64,000 bases of DNA. Source: a bacterium (GTDB lineage Bacteria > Patescibacteriota > Minisyncoccia > Phycocordibacterales > Phycocordibacteraceae). Below, one piece after another: positions 1 to 9,360 of this stretch (position 1 is its first letter; every line of letters starts with the position of its first letter). The stretch lies in the NCBI GenBank assembly GCA_021849125.1, contig JAJZTG010000001.1:18392-82391 (forward strand), written 5' to 3'. A program made the translations under genes and the position numbers. Under the pieces are notes generated by a model. It searched no databases and was not told where the DNA came from. It worked only from the letters and a program-made list of their open reading frames with translations.

Positions 1-808
1 CTCCGACACCTTTTAAAAATCCTGGCTGCATAACGATCACGTCGCGCACATCTGCGCCGATACTCTTGAAATATCCTTGCCAGTCGACCTGTGGGACGAG
101 TTTAGAGAGTTTCGGAAGGGTGTACTTGAAGTACGTCTTATCTACGTCGCGCAAGTCCTCCTTGGTCATCGATATCTCGGCAAGTTTCGTTTCGATCGAG
201 AGCACTTTCTGAGTGTCACCTTTAGGATCTGAGGAGAAAGTACCGACTCGTATGATCTTCTCGACATGTTCCAAGTACGCATCGCGTACACGCTTCGATT
301 CCGTATCATCCTTCAGGTAATAATCGCGATCGGGCATCCCAAGGCCAGCCTGGCCGAGGTAGAGGACGTAGCGTTCGCTATCCTTCATATCCTGGTCGAC
401 CATGAGACCCCAGATACCGCCCATGCCGAGTTTCTCGAGCTTCGCGATGGTGGGGATGATATCCTCGGACTTCTTGATCTTATCAATATGCTTGAAATAC
501 GTTTCGAGCGGTGTGAGGCTCAATGCCTTGCGCTGCTTCATGTCCATACCCGAGCGCAGGAAGTCACGCAACATCTGTTCTGGAGAGCCTTTCTTAACCC
601 CTCGCTTTTTCTCGATTTCGATTACCAGTTCATGAAGCTGCTTATCGACCGCGCGACGCAATATCACGAAAGAACCCCACCGAGATTCCTGTGCCGGGAT
701 CGTGTGTCGATTCATCCATCCACCCCCAGCGTGATGAAAGAAATCATCTTGCGGACGAACAGTCTTGTCCATATCTTTCGTGTCAAAACCCCAGTCAATT
801 TTCTTCAT
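1..808 (-). CDS. pepO: M13 family zinc metallopeptidase (PepO / neprilysin-like), N-terminal portion; gene continues beyond window start
   Basis: Absent from the ORF track because its stop lies outside the window. Minus-strand translation from the ATG at 808 reads MKKIDWGFDTKDMDKTVRPQDDFFHHAGGGWMNRHTIPAQESRWGSF..., which matches the Peptidase_M13_N signature (DFYxYxNGxW..IP.D..RWGxF). Frame is open to position 1. Confidence 0.75.
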   Translation of the reverse strand, partial: MKKIDWGFDTKDMDKTVRPQDDFFHHAGGGWMNRHTIPAQESRWGSFVILRRAVDKQLHELVIEIEKKRGVKKGSPEQMLRDFLRSGMDMKQRKALSLTPLETYFKHIDKIKKSEDIIPTIAKLEKLGMGGIWGLMVDQDMKDSERYVLYLGQAGLGMPDRDYYLKDDTESKRVRDAYLEHVEKIIRVGTFSSDPKGDTQKVLSIETKLAEISMTKEDLRDVDKTYFKYTLPKLSKLVPQVDWQGYFKSIGADVRDVIVMQPGFLKGVG

Positions 809-857
809 AGTAATTGCATAGTACAAGAACGCCTTGCTCTGTGCTATCTTTTCTTTC

Positions 858-2801
858 ATGACCCCCATTGGAAAGCTCGAGGACTCGCGTTCAAACGGGG
901 CTCGCGTCTCGGACGTACGGAAGCGGTATCTTGATTTCTTCGCTAAGCGGGGGCACACCATCATCCCCTCGGCTCCGATCGTACCTGAGAACGACCCGAC
1001 GACCCTGTTCACCTCCTCGGGCATGCAGCCCCTGGTCCCGTATCTCCTCGGACAAGAGCACCCGGAGGGCGTGCGCCTCGCTGACTCGCAGATGAGCTTC
1101 CGTGCGGAGGACATCGAGGAAATCGGCGACAACCGTCATACGACTTTCTTCGAGATGCTCGGCAACTGGAGTCTTGGCGACTATTTCAAGAATAAGCAGC
1201 TCCCGTGGGTCTTCGAATTCCTTACGAGCAAGGAGGAAGGACTCGGTCTTGACCCGAAGAACCTCTATGTCACGGTCTTTGCAGGCGATGAAGCCTCAGG
1301 CATGTCTGAAGACACCGAAGCCGTCGGCATCTGGCAGGAACTTTTCAAAGCGAAGGGTATCGATGCGGCCTTCGCCAAGATCGGCAGCGAAGCAGCCGGT
1401 TACGAGCGCGGCATGCAGGAAGTGGAGCGCATCTTCGCCTACGATGCGAAGAAGAACTGGTGGAGCCGGGCGGGCGTCCCCTCGAAGATGCCAGCGGGAG
1501 AGCCGGGCGGCCCGGACTCCGAGGTCTTTTATGATTTCGGCCTGCCGCATGATCCCAAGTTCGGCGCACACTGCCACCCCAACTGCGACTGCGGCCGCTT
1601 CATCGAGATCGGCAACTCGGTTTTCATGCAGTTCATCAAGAAAGAGGACGGCACCTTCGGGGAACTTCCGAAGAAGAATGTGGACTTCGGCGGCGGGCTT
1701 GAGCGTCTTACCGCTGCGACCCGTAATAATCCGGATGTGTTTCTCGTAGACGTCTTCGATGCAGCGCGCCAGTCCTTGACCCGGCGCTCAGGCAAGGAAT
1801 ACACGGATGCCGAAGCAACACGCTCCTTCCGCATCATCCTCGACCACATGCGTGCAGCATCTTTCATGCTCGCAAGCGGTATCACGCCTGGGAACAGTGA
1901 GCAGCCGTACGTGCTCCGTCGCCTCATCCGCCGTTCCATCCGCGAAGCGGACAAGCTCGGCATCAAGGAAGCCGTGCTTGCTGAAGTTGCCGAAGGGTAT
2001 GGTGCGGCGTATGCAGACCAGTATCCGTTCGTCGCAGAGAACGCTGCCTTCATCCGCGAGCAGCTTGAGAAAGAGGAGGCTCAGTTCAGGAAGACGCTTG
2101 CGCATGGCATGCGTGAGCTTGAGAAGATGGGGCAGGAGATCGACGCCTTCACGCTCTTCACGACCTATGGATTCCCGGTAGAGCTCACCGAAGAGATCGC
2201 CAAAGAGCGCGGCATCACGCTCGACATGACAGCCGTGCACGCAAAGATGAAAGAGCATCAGGAAAAGTCCCGTGCCGGAGCGGCTCAGAAATTTGCAGGC
2301 GGTCTTGCGGACCATCAGGCGGCGACCATCCGCTACCACACCGCGCACCACCTCCTCTTGAAGGCGCTCCAGAAGGTCCTCGGTCCCGATGTCCACCAGC
2401 GCGGTTCAAACATCACGAGCGAACGCCTGCGCATCGACTTCAGCTCACCTGCTAAGATGACCGACGAACAGAAAGCCGAGGTGGAAAAGATCGTCAACGA
2501 CGCTATCGACGCTGCACTCCCGGTCACCCGCACCGTCATGGCCAAGGAAGACGCTGAAAAACTCGGCGCGGAGCACGAATTCGGAGCGTCCTATCCGGAG
2601 CAGGTGAGCGTGTACTCGGTGGGCCCGAAAGAAGCGAGCGAAGCTGACCCGAAATTTGCTCAGGCATTCTCGATCGAGTTCTGTGGTGGCCCGCACGTCG
2701 CAAATACGAGCGAGCTCGGCGAAGAAGGGAAGCGTTTCAAGATACAGAAAGAAGAAGCATCGTCTTCTGGTGTTCGTCGCATCAAGGCAGTTTTGCAATA
2801 A
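858..2801 (+). CDS. alaS: alanyl-tRNA synthetase, short form lacking the C-terminal (C-Ala) domain
   Basis: Catalytic-core motifs LFTSSGMQPL and RHTTFFEMLGNWSLGDYFK, plus editing-domain motifs HHLL and CGGPHV. The product ends about 30 aa after the editing domain. The ORF track starts at TTG 834; ATG 858 (MTPIG...) is preferred. Confidence 0.9.
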   Translation: MTPIGKLEDSRSNGARVSDVRKRYLDFFAKRGHTIIPSAPIVPENDPTTLFTSSGMQPLVPYLLGQEHPEGVRLADSQMSFRAEDIEEIGDNRHTTFFEMLGNWSLGDYFKNKQLPWVFEFLTSKEEGLGLDPKNLYVTVFAGDEASGMSEDTEAVGIWQELFKAKGIDAAFAKIGSEAAGYERGMQEVERIFAYDAKKNWWSRAGVPSKMPAGEPGGPDSEVFYDFGLPHDPKFGAHCHPNCDCGRFIEIGNSVFMQFIKKEDGTFGELPKKNVDFGGGLERLTAATRNNPDVFLVDVFDAARQSLTRRSGKEYTDAEATRSFRIILDHMRAASFMLASGITPGNSEQPYVLRRLIRRSIREADKLGIKEAVLAEVAEGYGAAYADQYPFVAENAAFIREQLEKEEAQFRKTLAHGMRELEKMGQEIDAFTLFTTYGFPVELTEEIAKERGITLDMTAVHAKMKEHQEKSRAGAAQKFAGGLADHQAATIRYHTAHHLLLKALQKVLGPDVHQRGSNITSERLRIDFSSPAKMTDEQKAEVEKIVNDAIDAALPVTRTVMAKEDAEKLGAEHEFGASYPEQVSVYSVGPKEASEADPKFAQAFSIEFCGGPHVANTSELGEEGKRFKIQKEEASSSGVRRIKAVLQ

Positions 2802-2851
2802 ACGCTCGCGTTACGCGTCTTTCGCGCGCGAGACGATGTTAGAATGACGAC

Positions 2852-3913
2852 ATGAGCTTCCTGACGGGCCTTTTCGGTACGCACGCTAAAGGCGAATCTG
2901 TCGTGCTTGTCGATATCAACGCGCGCTCGATCGCAGGCGCGTACGCGCGCTTTGTCGAAGGCGAACAGCCGGCGATCCTCTACACCCGTCGCGTGCCGAT
3001 CGAGATCCGTGGTGATGAGGCCCACGGTGTTGCCATGCTTCGTGCGCTCAAGATACTTGGTAATGACCTCATAAAAAATGGCGCGCCGATTCTCCTACGC
3101 GAGACAGGGAGCGGTACTGCCGACACGGTTCTGGTCTCGGTAGACGCGCCATGGCAGGACACTTCGGTCAGAACGGAGGTCTTTGAAGATAAGGAACCTT
3201 TTGTCTTTACCAAAAGCCTTGTCGAAAAACGTCTCGAGGAGACAGCAGTGCAGTCGCCAGAGAACCTGCTCGTTGACGAAAGCATTATCGGGACGCTCCT
3301 GAACGGCTACGCGACTCGCAATCCGTACGGCCACGAAGCCCATCGAGCCACCATCATGGTTCTCACTTCGCTCATCGACGAGGAAGTCGCTCAAGACATC
3401 CTTACTACGCTCTCAAGCCTCTTTCATACGAAAAATATCTACCCGATCGCGGGTAGCTCGCTGCGTTATCAGGCGATACGCGTCCTCTTTCCGCACGAGC
3501 ATAATGCGCTCATCGTCGATGTCACCGGTGAATCCCTTACGACCCTGTCTCTCGTACGCAACAACATCTTTGTCCTTCTGACTAAAGTAGCGACGTCGCT
3601 TGGCGGAAAAGACTGGGCGACCCAGATCGTCTCTAACCTCGCTGAAATCGCTACCCGCTACCCGCTACCACGCACCATCTTCCTGATCGCGCGAGAATCC
3701 GACATCGAGGATGTCCGCAAGACTCTCGATGAAGCGAAAATCGGTTCGCTCTGGCTCGTTGATAATCCGCCGCGCATCGTCTCCGTCCTGAAAGACCACC
3801 TTCTTGGATCGGTACGCCAGATGCATACCGCCGCACCCGACGTCATTCTCCTTTGCATGGCCATCTACCACGAATCCAAAGAAAAATTAACCACACCCGA
3901 CCTTTTTTCCTAG
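2852..3913 (+). CDS. actin-like ATPase fold protein (PilM/FtsA-like, degenerate motifs)
   Basis: N-terminal VLVDINARSIAGAY and internal ALIVDVTGESLTTLSLV resemble the phosphate-1 and phosphate-2 motifs of the PilM/FtsA family, but the glycines are substituted. The family call is tentative. Confidence 0.35.
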   Translation: MSFLTGLFGTHAKGESVVLVDINARSIAGAYARFVEGEQPAILYTRRVPIEIRGDEAHGVAMLRALKILGNDLIKNGAPILLRETGSGTADTVLVSVDAPWQDTSVRTEVFEDKEPFVFTKSLVEKRLEETAVQSPENLLVDESIIGTLLNGYATRNPYGHEAHRATIMVLTSLIDEEVAQDILTTLSSLFHTKNIYPIAGSSLRYQAIRVLFPHEHNALIVDVTGESLTTLSLVRNNIFVLLTKVATSLGGKDWATQIVSNLAEIATRYPLPRTIFLIARESDIEDVRKTLDEAKIGSLWLVDNPPRIVSVLKDHLLGSVRQMHTAAPDVILLCMAIYHESKEKLTTPDLFS

Positions 3914-3975
3914 GAAAAGCTATACCCACTGGAGCTGCCTGGGTAGCGGATCCTAAGTGGTATACTCTGTGACAT

Positions 3976-5184
3976 ATGCGCAAAATCGATGACATCATCC
4001 CGCCTTCCCGCAGGCGAGAACCAGATATGCTAGGCGGGACTTCTCGAATGCCCTCCATCCGTTCCCATCAAAGATCATCTTTCCCTTACAAGACCCTGCT
4101 CGCGGTAGTGCTCGTCATCGCAGCCTCCTTCGGTGTCCTGGCGTATTTTTCGACCGCTAAGGTCGAGGTTACCCCGAACACCGTCTCGGCAGCTGTCCAG
4201 AGCTCTTTTACGGCAACCAAGAGCACTGGTGATCTCCCATATGAAATAATCACCGCTCAAAAAATCGCATCGCAAACCGTAAAAGGGAGCGGTACGAAAA
4301 CGGTAAACGCTTCGGCTTCCGGTACCATTACCATCTACAACGCCCAGACGAAAAGCCAGAAACTCATAGCGAACACCCGTTTTGCGACGACTGCAGGTCT
4401 TATCTTCCGTATCCACGAGGCAGTAACCGTCCCGGGCGGCAGCTCCTCAAAGCCGGGAAGCCTCAAGGTGCGCGTCTATGCCGATCAGCCAGGCGATTCC
4501 TACAATGTTGCCCCGACCTCTTTCACTATTCCAGGCTTTGCTGGCACGCCGCAAGCATCGCTCGTCTACGCTCGCTCGACTGAAGCCATGACCGGCGGGG
4601 CTTCGGGTACGATTCCGGTTGTGGACGCTTCGACCGAGGCGGAAGCCCGCGATGCGCTTACGACCGCACTTGCCCCCGACCTTGCAACGAGCCTCGAGGC
4701 GCAGATTCCTTCCGGATACCTGCTTCTTCCAGGCTCAGCAACCACGACCTATGAGGCGCTTGCCCCGAGTCCTTCTTCGACGACGGGCATGGTCGAGGTG
4801 AAGGAGCAGGGAACTATCACCGCGATCGTCTTCCCGAACGCCGCCCTTGCCGGGAAAATCGCCGGCTCGATCGCGGGGCTCGACTATCAGAATGAGCCCT
4901 TGACTCTCGGGTCGACCGGCAGTCTGAAGCTCGTGCCTACCAGTCCGATCGATCCATCGGCTGATTCCTTCGCTTTCACCCTCGCAGGGACCGCCTCGCT
5001 CGTCTACACGGTAGATCCGACCCGGATCGCCGCAGCGGTGGCCGGAAAGACCCGCTCGGCGGCTGAAGTAGCGCTTACCAACTACCCGGAGGTGAAGCGT
5101 GCACTCATCACGCTCCGCCCGTTCTGGCGTCAGAATTTCCCCCAGGACCCTTCGACCATCACGGTAACCGTCCAGAATCCCTAG
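3976..5184 (+). CDS. bitopic membrane protein with a large extracytoplasmic domain (hypothetical)
   Basis: Short basic N-terminus, one TM helix (LLAVVLVIAASFGVLAYF), then a Thr/Ser/Ala-rich domain. Immediately follows the actin-like ATPase gene. Start codon is uncertain; later Met codons are possible. Confidence 0.45.
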   Translation: MRKIDDIIPPSRRREPDMLGGTSRMPSIRSHQRSSFPYKTLLAVVLVIAASFGVLAYFSTAKVEVTPNTVSAAVQSSFTATKSTGDLPYEIITAQKIASQTVKGSGTKTVNASASGTITIYNAQTKSQKLIANTRFATTAGLIFRIHEAVTVPGGSSSKPGSLKVRVYADQPGDSYNVAPTSFTIPGFAGTPQASLVYARSTEAMTGGASGTIPVVDASTEAEARDALTTALAPDLATSLEAQIPSGYLLLPGSATTTYEALAPSPSSTTGMVEVKEQGTITAIVFPNAALAGKIAGSIAGLDYQNEPLTLGSTGSLKLVPTSPIDPSADSFAFTLAGTASLVYTVDPTRIAAAVAGKTRSAAEVALTNYPEVKRALITLRPFWRQNFPQDPSTITVTVQNP

Positions 5185-5257
5185 GCCGTATTTGACGATT
5201 TTCCGAGCACCTGCTAGATTATTGGGGTACCTGTCATGACGAGCAATTCGTAGAAAG

Positions 5258-5494
5258 ATGAGTGAAGAAGATACAAAAACGACGGTCACTGGTACCGTCG
5301 AGGAAGTATTACCGAACTCGCTTTTTCGCGTTCGTCTCCCGGGGAATACGGAGGAAGAGGAAGGTGAGCTCGTGCTCGCATACCTTGCAGGCAAGATGCG
5401 CTTGCACCGTATCCGCGTCCTTATGGGCGATCAGGTCGAAATGGTGCCCGATCCTTACGGGGGTCGTTCACGAATCGTACGCCGCTTAACGTAA
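5258..5494 (+). CDS. infA: translation initiation factor IF-1
   Basis: VTGTVEEVLPNSLFRVRL...GKMRLHRIRVLMGDQVEMVPDPY matches IF-1 S1-like OB fold; sits at the head of the rpmJ-rpsM-rpsK-rpsD-rpoA-rplQ block. Confidence 0.9.
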   Translation: MSEEDTKTTVTGTVEEVLPNSLFRVRLPGNTEEEEGELVLAYLAGKMRLHRIRVLMGDQVEMVPDPYGGRSRIVRRLT

Positions 5495-5514
5495 AACAAA
5501 CTTTTTAATTCAAG

Positions 5515-5631
5515 ATGAAAGTCCGTGCCTCGATCAAAGTGCAGCAGCAAGGAGACCAGCTCGTTAAGCGGGGCGGTCGCCTTTACCGCATTAACAAGAA
5601 GAATCCGCGCCGCAAGGCACGCCAAGGCTAA
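5515..5631 (+). CDS. rpmJ: 50S ribosomal protein L36, cysteine-less (non-zinc) form
   Basis: At 38 aa it is below the ORF-track cutoff. [38 protein letters not shown] aligns with L36 (MKVRASVKK...KHKQRQG), but every Zn-ligand Cys/His position is replaced. Lies in the canonical infA-rpmJ-rpsM position. Confidence 0.8.
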   Translation: MKVRASIKVQQQGDQLVKRGGRLYRINKKNPRRKARQG

Positions 5632-5640
5632 TATTTTCGT

Positions 5641-6021
5641 ATGCGTATCGCAGGTGTAACCATTCCCGATAACAAGCAGCTCGCGTACTCGCTCCCGATC
5701 ATCTACGGGATCGGTCCGACGCGCGCGCTCGACATCCTCAAGGCCGCAGGCGTCGAAAAGACCCGGAAGGGCAGCGAGCTCTCCGGCGAGGAAGAGCAGA
5801 AGATCCGCTCGCTCGCGGAAAGCTACCTCATCGAAGGCGAGCTCCGCCGCGAGATCGGCCAGAACATCAAGCGCTTGAAGGATATCCGTTCGATCCGTGG
5901 CGATCGCCACTCGCGCGGCCTTCCAGTACGCGGTCAGCGCACGAAGACCAACTCGCGCACGCGCCGCGGCAATACCCGTAAGACGATGACCTCGGGCCGT
6001 CGTACCCTCGAAAAGACTTAA
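5641..6021 (+). CDS. rpsM: 30S ribosomal protein S13
   Basis: MRIAGVTIPDNKQLAYSLPIIYGIGPTRA... canonical S13. Confidence 0.95.
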   Translation: MRIAGVTIPDNKQLAYSLPIIYGIGPTRALDILKAAGVEKTRKGSELSGEEEQKIRSLAESYLIEGELRREIGQNIKRLKDIRSIRGDRHSRGLPVRGQRTKTNSRTRRGNTRKTMTSGRRTLEKT

Positions 6022-6029
6022 TTTAAACT

Positions 6030-6464
6030 ATGGGAAAGAAACGTATCATCAAGAAGACTGGCAAGGGCCTCGATCAGGGGCGCAAGGAGCGTGCTCTCGG
6101 CAAAGCTACCAAGCGTCACCTCGACAAGGGCGTCCTCCATATCGAAGCGACCTTCAACAACACGAAGGCGCTTATCACCGACGAGAAGGGCAACGCGATC
6201 GTGTCCTCGTCTGCTGGCGCACTTGGTTTTTCCGGCGCGCGCAAGTCGACGCCATATGCTGCCGCGAAGGTCGGCGAGTTCCTCGGCGAGAAGGGAACCA
6301 TGATCGGCCTCAAGGAAGCTTCGGTCGTCATCCGCGGTGTCGGTGCCGGCCGCGAATCGGTCCTCCGCGCCTTCTCGGGTAAGGGCATCCAGATCAGCTC
6401 CATCAAGGACGCGACACCGGTCCCGCACAACGGTCCGCGCCCGCCTAAGCCTCGTCGCATCTAA
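6030..6464 (+). CDS. rpsK: 30S ribosomal protein S11
   Basis: GVLHIEATFNNTKALITDEKGNAI...SGARKSTPYAAAKVGE canonical S11. Confidence 0.95.
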   Translation: MGKKRIIKKTGKGLDQGRKERALGKATKRHLDKGVLHIEATFNNTKALITDEKGNAIVSSSAGALGFSGARKSTPYAAAKVGEFLGEKGTMIGLKEASVVIRGVGAGRESVLRAFSGKGIQISSIKDATPVPHNGPRPPKPRRI

Positions 6465-6477
6465 TCCTTTCCTTATT

Positions 6478-7089
6478 ATGAAAACCGGCCCTCGATATAA
6501 GATCGCAAAGCGCCTCGGCGCATCCGTCTTCGAAAAAGCACAGACCCAGAAGTTTGCGCTTTCTGCGGAGCGCTCTGCAAAGAACAAGCCTCGCGGACGC
6601 GGACGCCAGAGCGAATACGGCAAGCAGATGCTTGAGAAGCAGAAGGTGCGCGTCACCTACGGTCTTCCGGAGCGTCAATTCCGCGGCTATGTGAACAAGG
6701 CGCTCGCTGCGCACAGCTCCCAGCCGTCTGACCTCCTCCATGAACTCCTTGAGATGCGCCTCGATAACGTCGTCTGGCGCTTGGGCCTCGCTTCGACTCG
6801 CCGCGCCGCGCGCCAGATGGTCGCACACGGTCACGTCATGGTGAACGGCAAGAAGAGCCGCGTCCCGTCGCAGGCCCTTAAGGTGGGCGATCGCCTGAGC
6901 ATCCGCGAAGGCTCGAAGGAGCATGGTTCCCTTACCGGCTTCTCGGAGCGCTTCATGGACCGGACCCTTCCGTCCTGGCTCTCATGGAACCCGAAGAGCA
7001 TGGAGGGGAGCGTCGTGGAGCGTCCGACGTCCGCTTCGGCGGATCCGGCAGGCGACTTGATCGCGGTGCTCTCGTTCTACACGAGGTAA
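6478..7089 (+). CDS. rpsD: 30S ribosomal protein S4
   Basis: MKTGPRYKIAKRLGASVFEK...LLEMRLDNVVWRLGLASTRRAARQMV. The ORF-track start at 6337 is an artefactual N-terminal extension overlapping rpsK. Confidence 0.93.
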   Translation: MKTGPRYKIAKRLGASVFEKAQTQKFALSAERSAKNKPRGRGRQSEYGKQMLEKQKVRVTYGLPERQFRGYVNKALAAHSSQPSDLLHELLEMRLDNVVWRLGLASTRRAARQMVAHGHVMVNGKKSRVPSQALKVGDRLSIREGSKEHGSLTGFSERFMDRTLPSWLSWNPKSMEGSVVERPTSASADPAGDLIAVLSFYTR

Positions 7090-7118
7090 TTTTAATCACT
7101 GGTAATTACGATTGCGTT

Positions 7119-8069
7119 ATGGAATACCACATCACACTTCCGAGTAAGCCCCGTATCGTTTCTGAAGAGGGAACCCAGGGCATTTATGAGATCGACTCGC
7201 TCTACCCGGGCTACGGTCATACCCTTGGCAACAGCCTCCGCCGCATCATACTCTCGTCGCTCCCGGGCGCTGCAGTAACGCAGGTCAAGATCGACGGCGT
7301 TCCTCACGAATTCGCTACGATCGAGGGTTCACGCGAGACGGTGATGGAGATCCTCCTGAACTTGAAGCGCGTCCACTTCGTCCTTCATGGCGATGAGCCG
7401 CAGACCATCTCGCTTTCCGCAAAGGGCGAAGGCGAGGTCACGGCAAAAGGTTTCAAGCTTCCGTCTCAGGTTGAGATCACGAACCCGGAGCAGCATCTCG
7501 CTGACCTCTCCGGCAAGGCAACCCTCGAGATCGAGGCGACCATCGAGCGAGGGCTCGGGTATGTCCCGCGCGAAGCGCTCACCAAGGATAAAGTCGACAT
7601 CGGCACGATCGCGCTCGACGCGACCTTCACCCCGATCCGCCGCGTGAACTACGAAGTAGAGAACATGCGCGTCGGTGATCGCACGGACTTCAACCGTCTC
7701 CGCATCCTTATCGAGACCAACGGTACGGTCTCTCCGCGCCAAGCGCTTGAGCAGTCTATCGAGACGATGATCCACCAGCTGAAGGCCGTCATCGGCTTCC
7801 AGGAAAGCGTCTCACGCTCCGTAGCGGGAGAGGCAGGTCCTGCAGAAGAGTCCGACTCGTCGGTCGACAGCGCAAAGGTGAAGATTGCCGATCTCGGCCT
7901 CTCGACCCGCATCGCTTCGGCACTCGAAGACGCCGGTATCAAGAGCGCTGCAGGCCTCATGCGCAAGACCCCGTCCGCGCTTCTCGAACTCGATGGCATC
8001 GGCGAGAAAGCAGTCGAAGAGATCAGCACCGCACTTGCAGGCTTCGGCCTCACGCTCAAGGGCGAATAA
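7119..8069 (+). CDS. rpoA: DNA-directed RNA polymerase alpha subunit
   Basis: MEYHITLPSKPRIVSEEGTQGIYEIDSLYPGYGHTLGNSLRRIILSSLPG... N-terminal domain plus alpha-CTD; start chosen at ATG 7119. Confidence 0.93.
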   Translation: MEYHITLPSKPRIVSEEGTQGIYEIDSLYPGYGHTLGNSLRRIILSSLPGAAVTQVKIDGVPHEFATIEGSRETVMEILLNLKRVHFVLHGDEPQTISLSAKGEGEVTAKGFKLPSQVEITNPEQHLADLSGKATLEIEATIERGLGYVPREALTKDKVDIGTIALDATFTPIRRVNYEVENMRVGDRTDFNRLRILIETNGTVSPRQALEQSIETMIHQLKAVIGFQESVSRSVAGEAGPAEESDSSVDSAKVKIADLGLSTRIASALEDAGIKSAAGLMRKTPSALLELDGIGEKAVEEISTALAGFGLTLKGE

Positions 8070-8080
8070 TAATCACGTGT

Positions 8081-8434
8081 ATGGCATTTACTAAGAAAGC
8101 AACAACCCCGGGCCGCACGATCGGCCAGCGCCGCGCCCTCCTTCGTTCGCAGGCGCGCTCCCTCATCCTTGAGGAGCGCATCTCGACTACGGAAGCAAAG
8201 GCGAAGGCGCTTCGCCCGTTCGTCGAGCGTCTCGTCACCTACGCGAAGAAGAACACGCTCGCAAGCCGCCGTCTCACCAAGAGCACGCTCGGCGATGACG
8301 AAGCGGTGAAGAAGCTCTTCGAGGTCGTTGGCCCGCGCTACGCGGATCGCGCCGGGGGCTACACCCGCATCGTGAAGCGCACCGCGCGCGGCGCGAACGA
8401 CGCACGCAAGCTTGCGTATATCGCTCTTGTCTAG
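8081..8434 (+). CDS. rplQ: 50S ribosomal protein L17
   Basis: RALLRSQARSLILEERISTTEAKAKALRPFVERLVT...GGYTRIVK canonical L17. Confidence 0.93.
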   Translation: MAFTKKATTPGRTIGQRRALLRSQARSLILEERISTTEAKAKALRPFVERLVTYAKKNTLASRRLTKSTLGDDEAVKKLFEVVGPRYADRAGGYTRIVKRTARGANDARKLAYIALV

Positions 8435-8451
8435 TATTCATAACAATTATC

Positions 8452-8826
8452 ATGACCACTCGCATCCATAACATCGAGCCGACCACGTATACGATCGACG
8501 CAACCGATCGTACGCTTGGCCGCGTGGCTAGCGAAGCTGCACACGCGCTTCTCGGCAAGCGCTCCGCACAGTTCGCCAAACACCTCGCGATGCCGGTCAC
8601 GGTCGTCATCGAGAACGCATCCAAGATGCATCTCTCCGAGTCCCGCACAAAGGGCAAGGTCTACACGCGCTACACCGGATTCCCGGGCGGTCTCCGCGAG
8701 ATGACCATGGCGGAAATGATCGCGAAGAAGGGTATCGAGGAGGTCGTGAAGAAGACCGTCGATGGCATGATCCCGCGCAACCGCCTTCGCGCCCCGCGCA
8801 TGAAGAACCTTATCGTTAAAGCTTAG
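8452..8826 (+). CDS. rplM: 50S ribosomal protein L13
   Basis: YTIDATDRTLGRVASEAAHALLGK... canonical L13. Confidence 0.93.
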   Translation: MTTRIHNIEPTTYTIDATDRTLGRVASEAAHALLGKRSAQFAKHLAMPVTVVIENASKMHLSESRTKGKVYTRYTGFPGGLREMTMAEMIAKKGIEEVVKKTVDGMIPRNRLRAPRMKNLIVKA

Positions 8827-8831
8827 TCAGT

Positions 8832-9230
8832 ATGGCATCAACCACTTTCACCAATGCAGTCGGACGTCGCAAGACCGCTATCGCGACGGTCCGCATCACG
8901 CCTGCTGCCAAAGCATCGATTACCGTCAACGGCCGCTCGGTCGACGAATACTTCAAGACGCCTGATCGCGTACGCATCGTGAACGAAGCGGTCAAGATCG
9001 CTGAGACTGCTGAAACCTACGCGGTGACTTCCCACATCGAGGGGGGCGGTCTCGCTGCACAGGCAGAAGCGCTTCGTCACGCAATCTCCCGCGCCTTCAC
9101 GGAGGTGGAGCCGAAGACGCGCCCAGCGCTCAAGCAGGCAGGCCTCCTCACGCGCGACGCGCGTGCCAAGGAACGCAAGAAGCCAGGCTTGGTCAAAGCA
9201 CGTAAACGTAAGCAGTGGAGCAAGCGCTAG
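8832..9230 (+). CDS. rpsI: 30S ribosomal protein S9
   Basis: GRRKTAIATVRITP...GGGLAAQAEALRHAISRA...KKPGLVKARKRKQWSKR canonical S9. Confidence 0.93.
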   Translation: MASTTFTNAVGRRKTAIATVRITPAAKASITVNGRSVDEYFKTPDRVRIVNEAVKIAETAETYAVTSHIEGGGLAAQAEALRHAISRAFTEVEPKTRPALKQAGLLTRDARAKERKKPGLVKARKRKQWSKR

Positions 9231-9238
9231 CTCACTCG

Positions 9239-9266
9239 AAAATCCCGCCTCGCGCGGGATTTTCTT
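9239..9266 (+). terminator. rho-independent terminator after rplM-rpsI
   Basis: perfect 10-bp stem aaaatcccgc/gcgggatttt with 5-nt loop followed by T-run. Confidence 0.7.
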
Positions 9267-9360
9267 TCGTTGTGATAGAGCTATTGCTTTTTATTTTCTT
9301 TGTGTGATACTTATGTTCAGAAGCACCCGTATCTTATAACCCTCAAGAAAGGAGTCTCCT

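Noticed and set aside
266-934. Plus-strand 222-aa ORF at window start
   Set aside because: Antisense to the M13 peptidase gene, whose translation matches a known family; the plus-strand product has no protein-like composition.
6337-7089. 250-aa version of rpsD starting inside rpsK
   Set aside because: The N-terminal 47 aa are Arg/Ser-rich read-through of the rpsK 3' end; canonical S4 begins MKTGPRYK at 6478.
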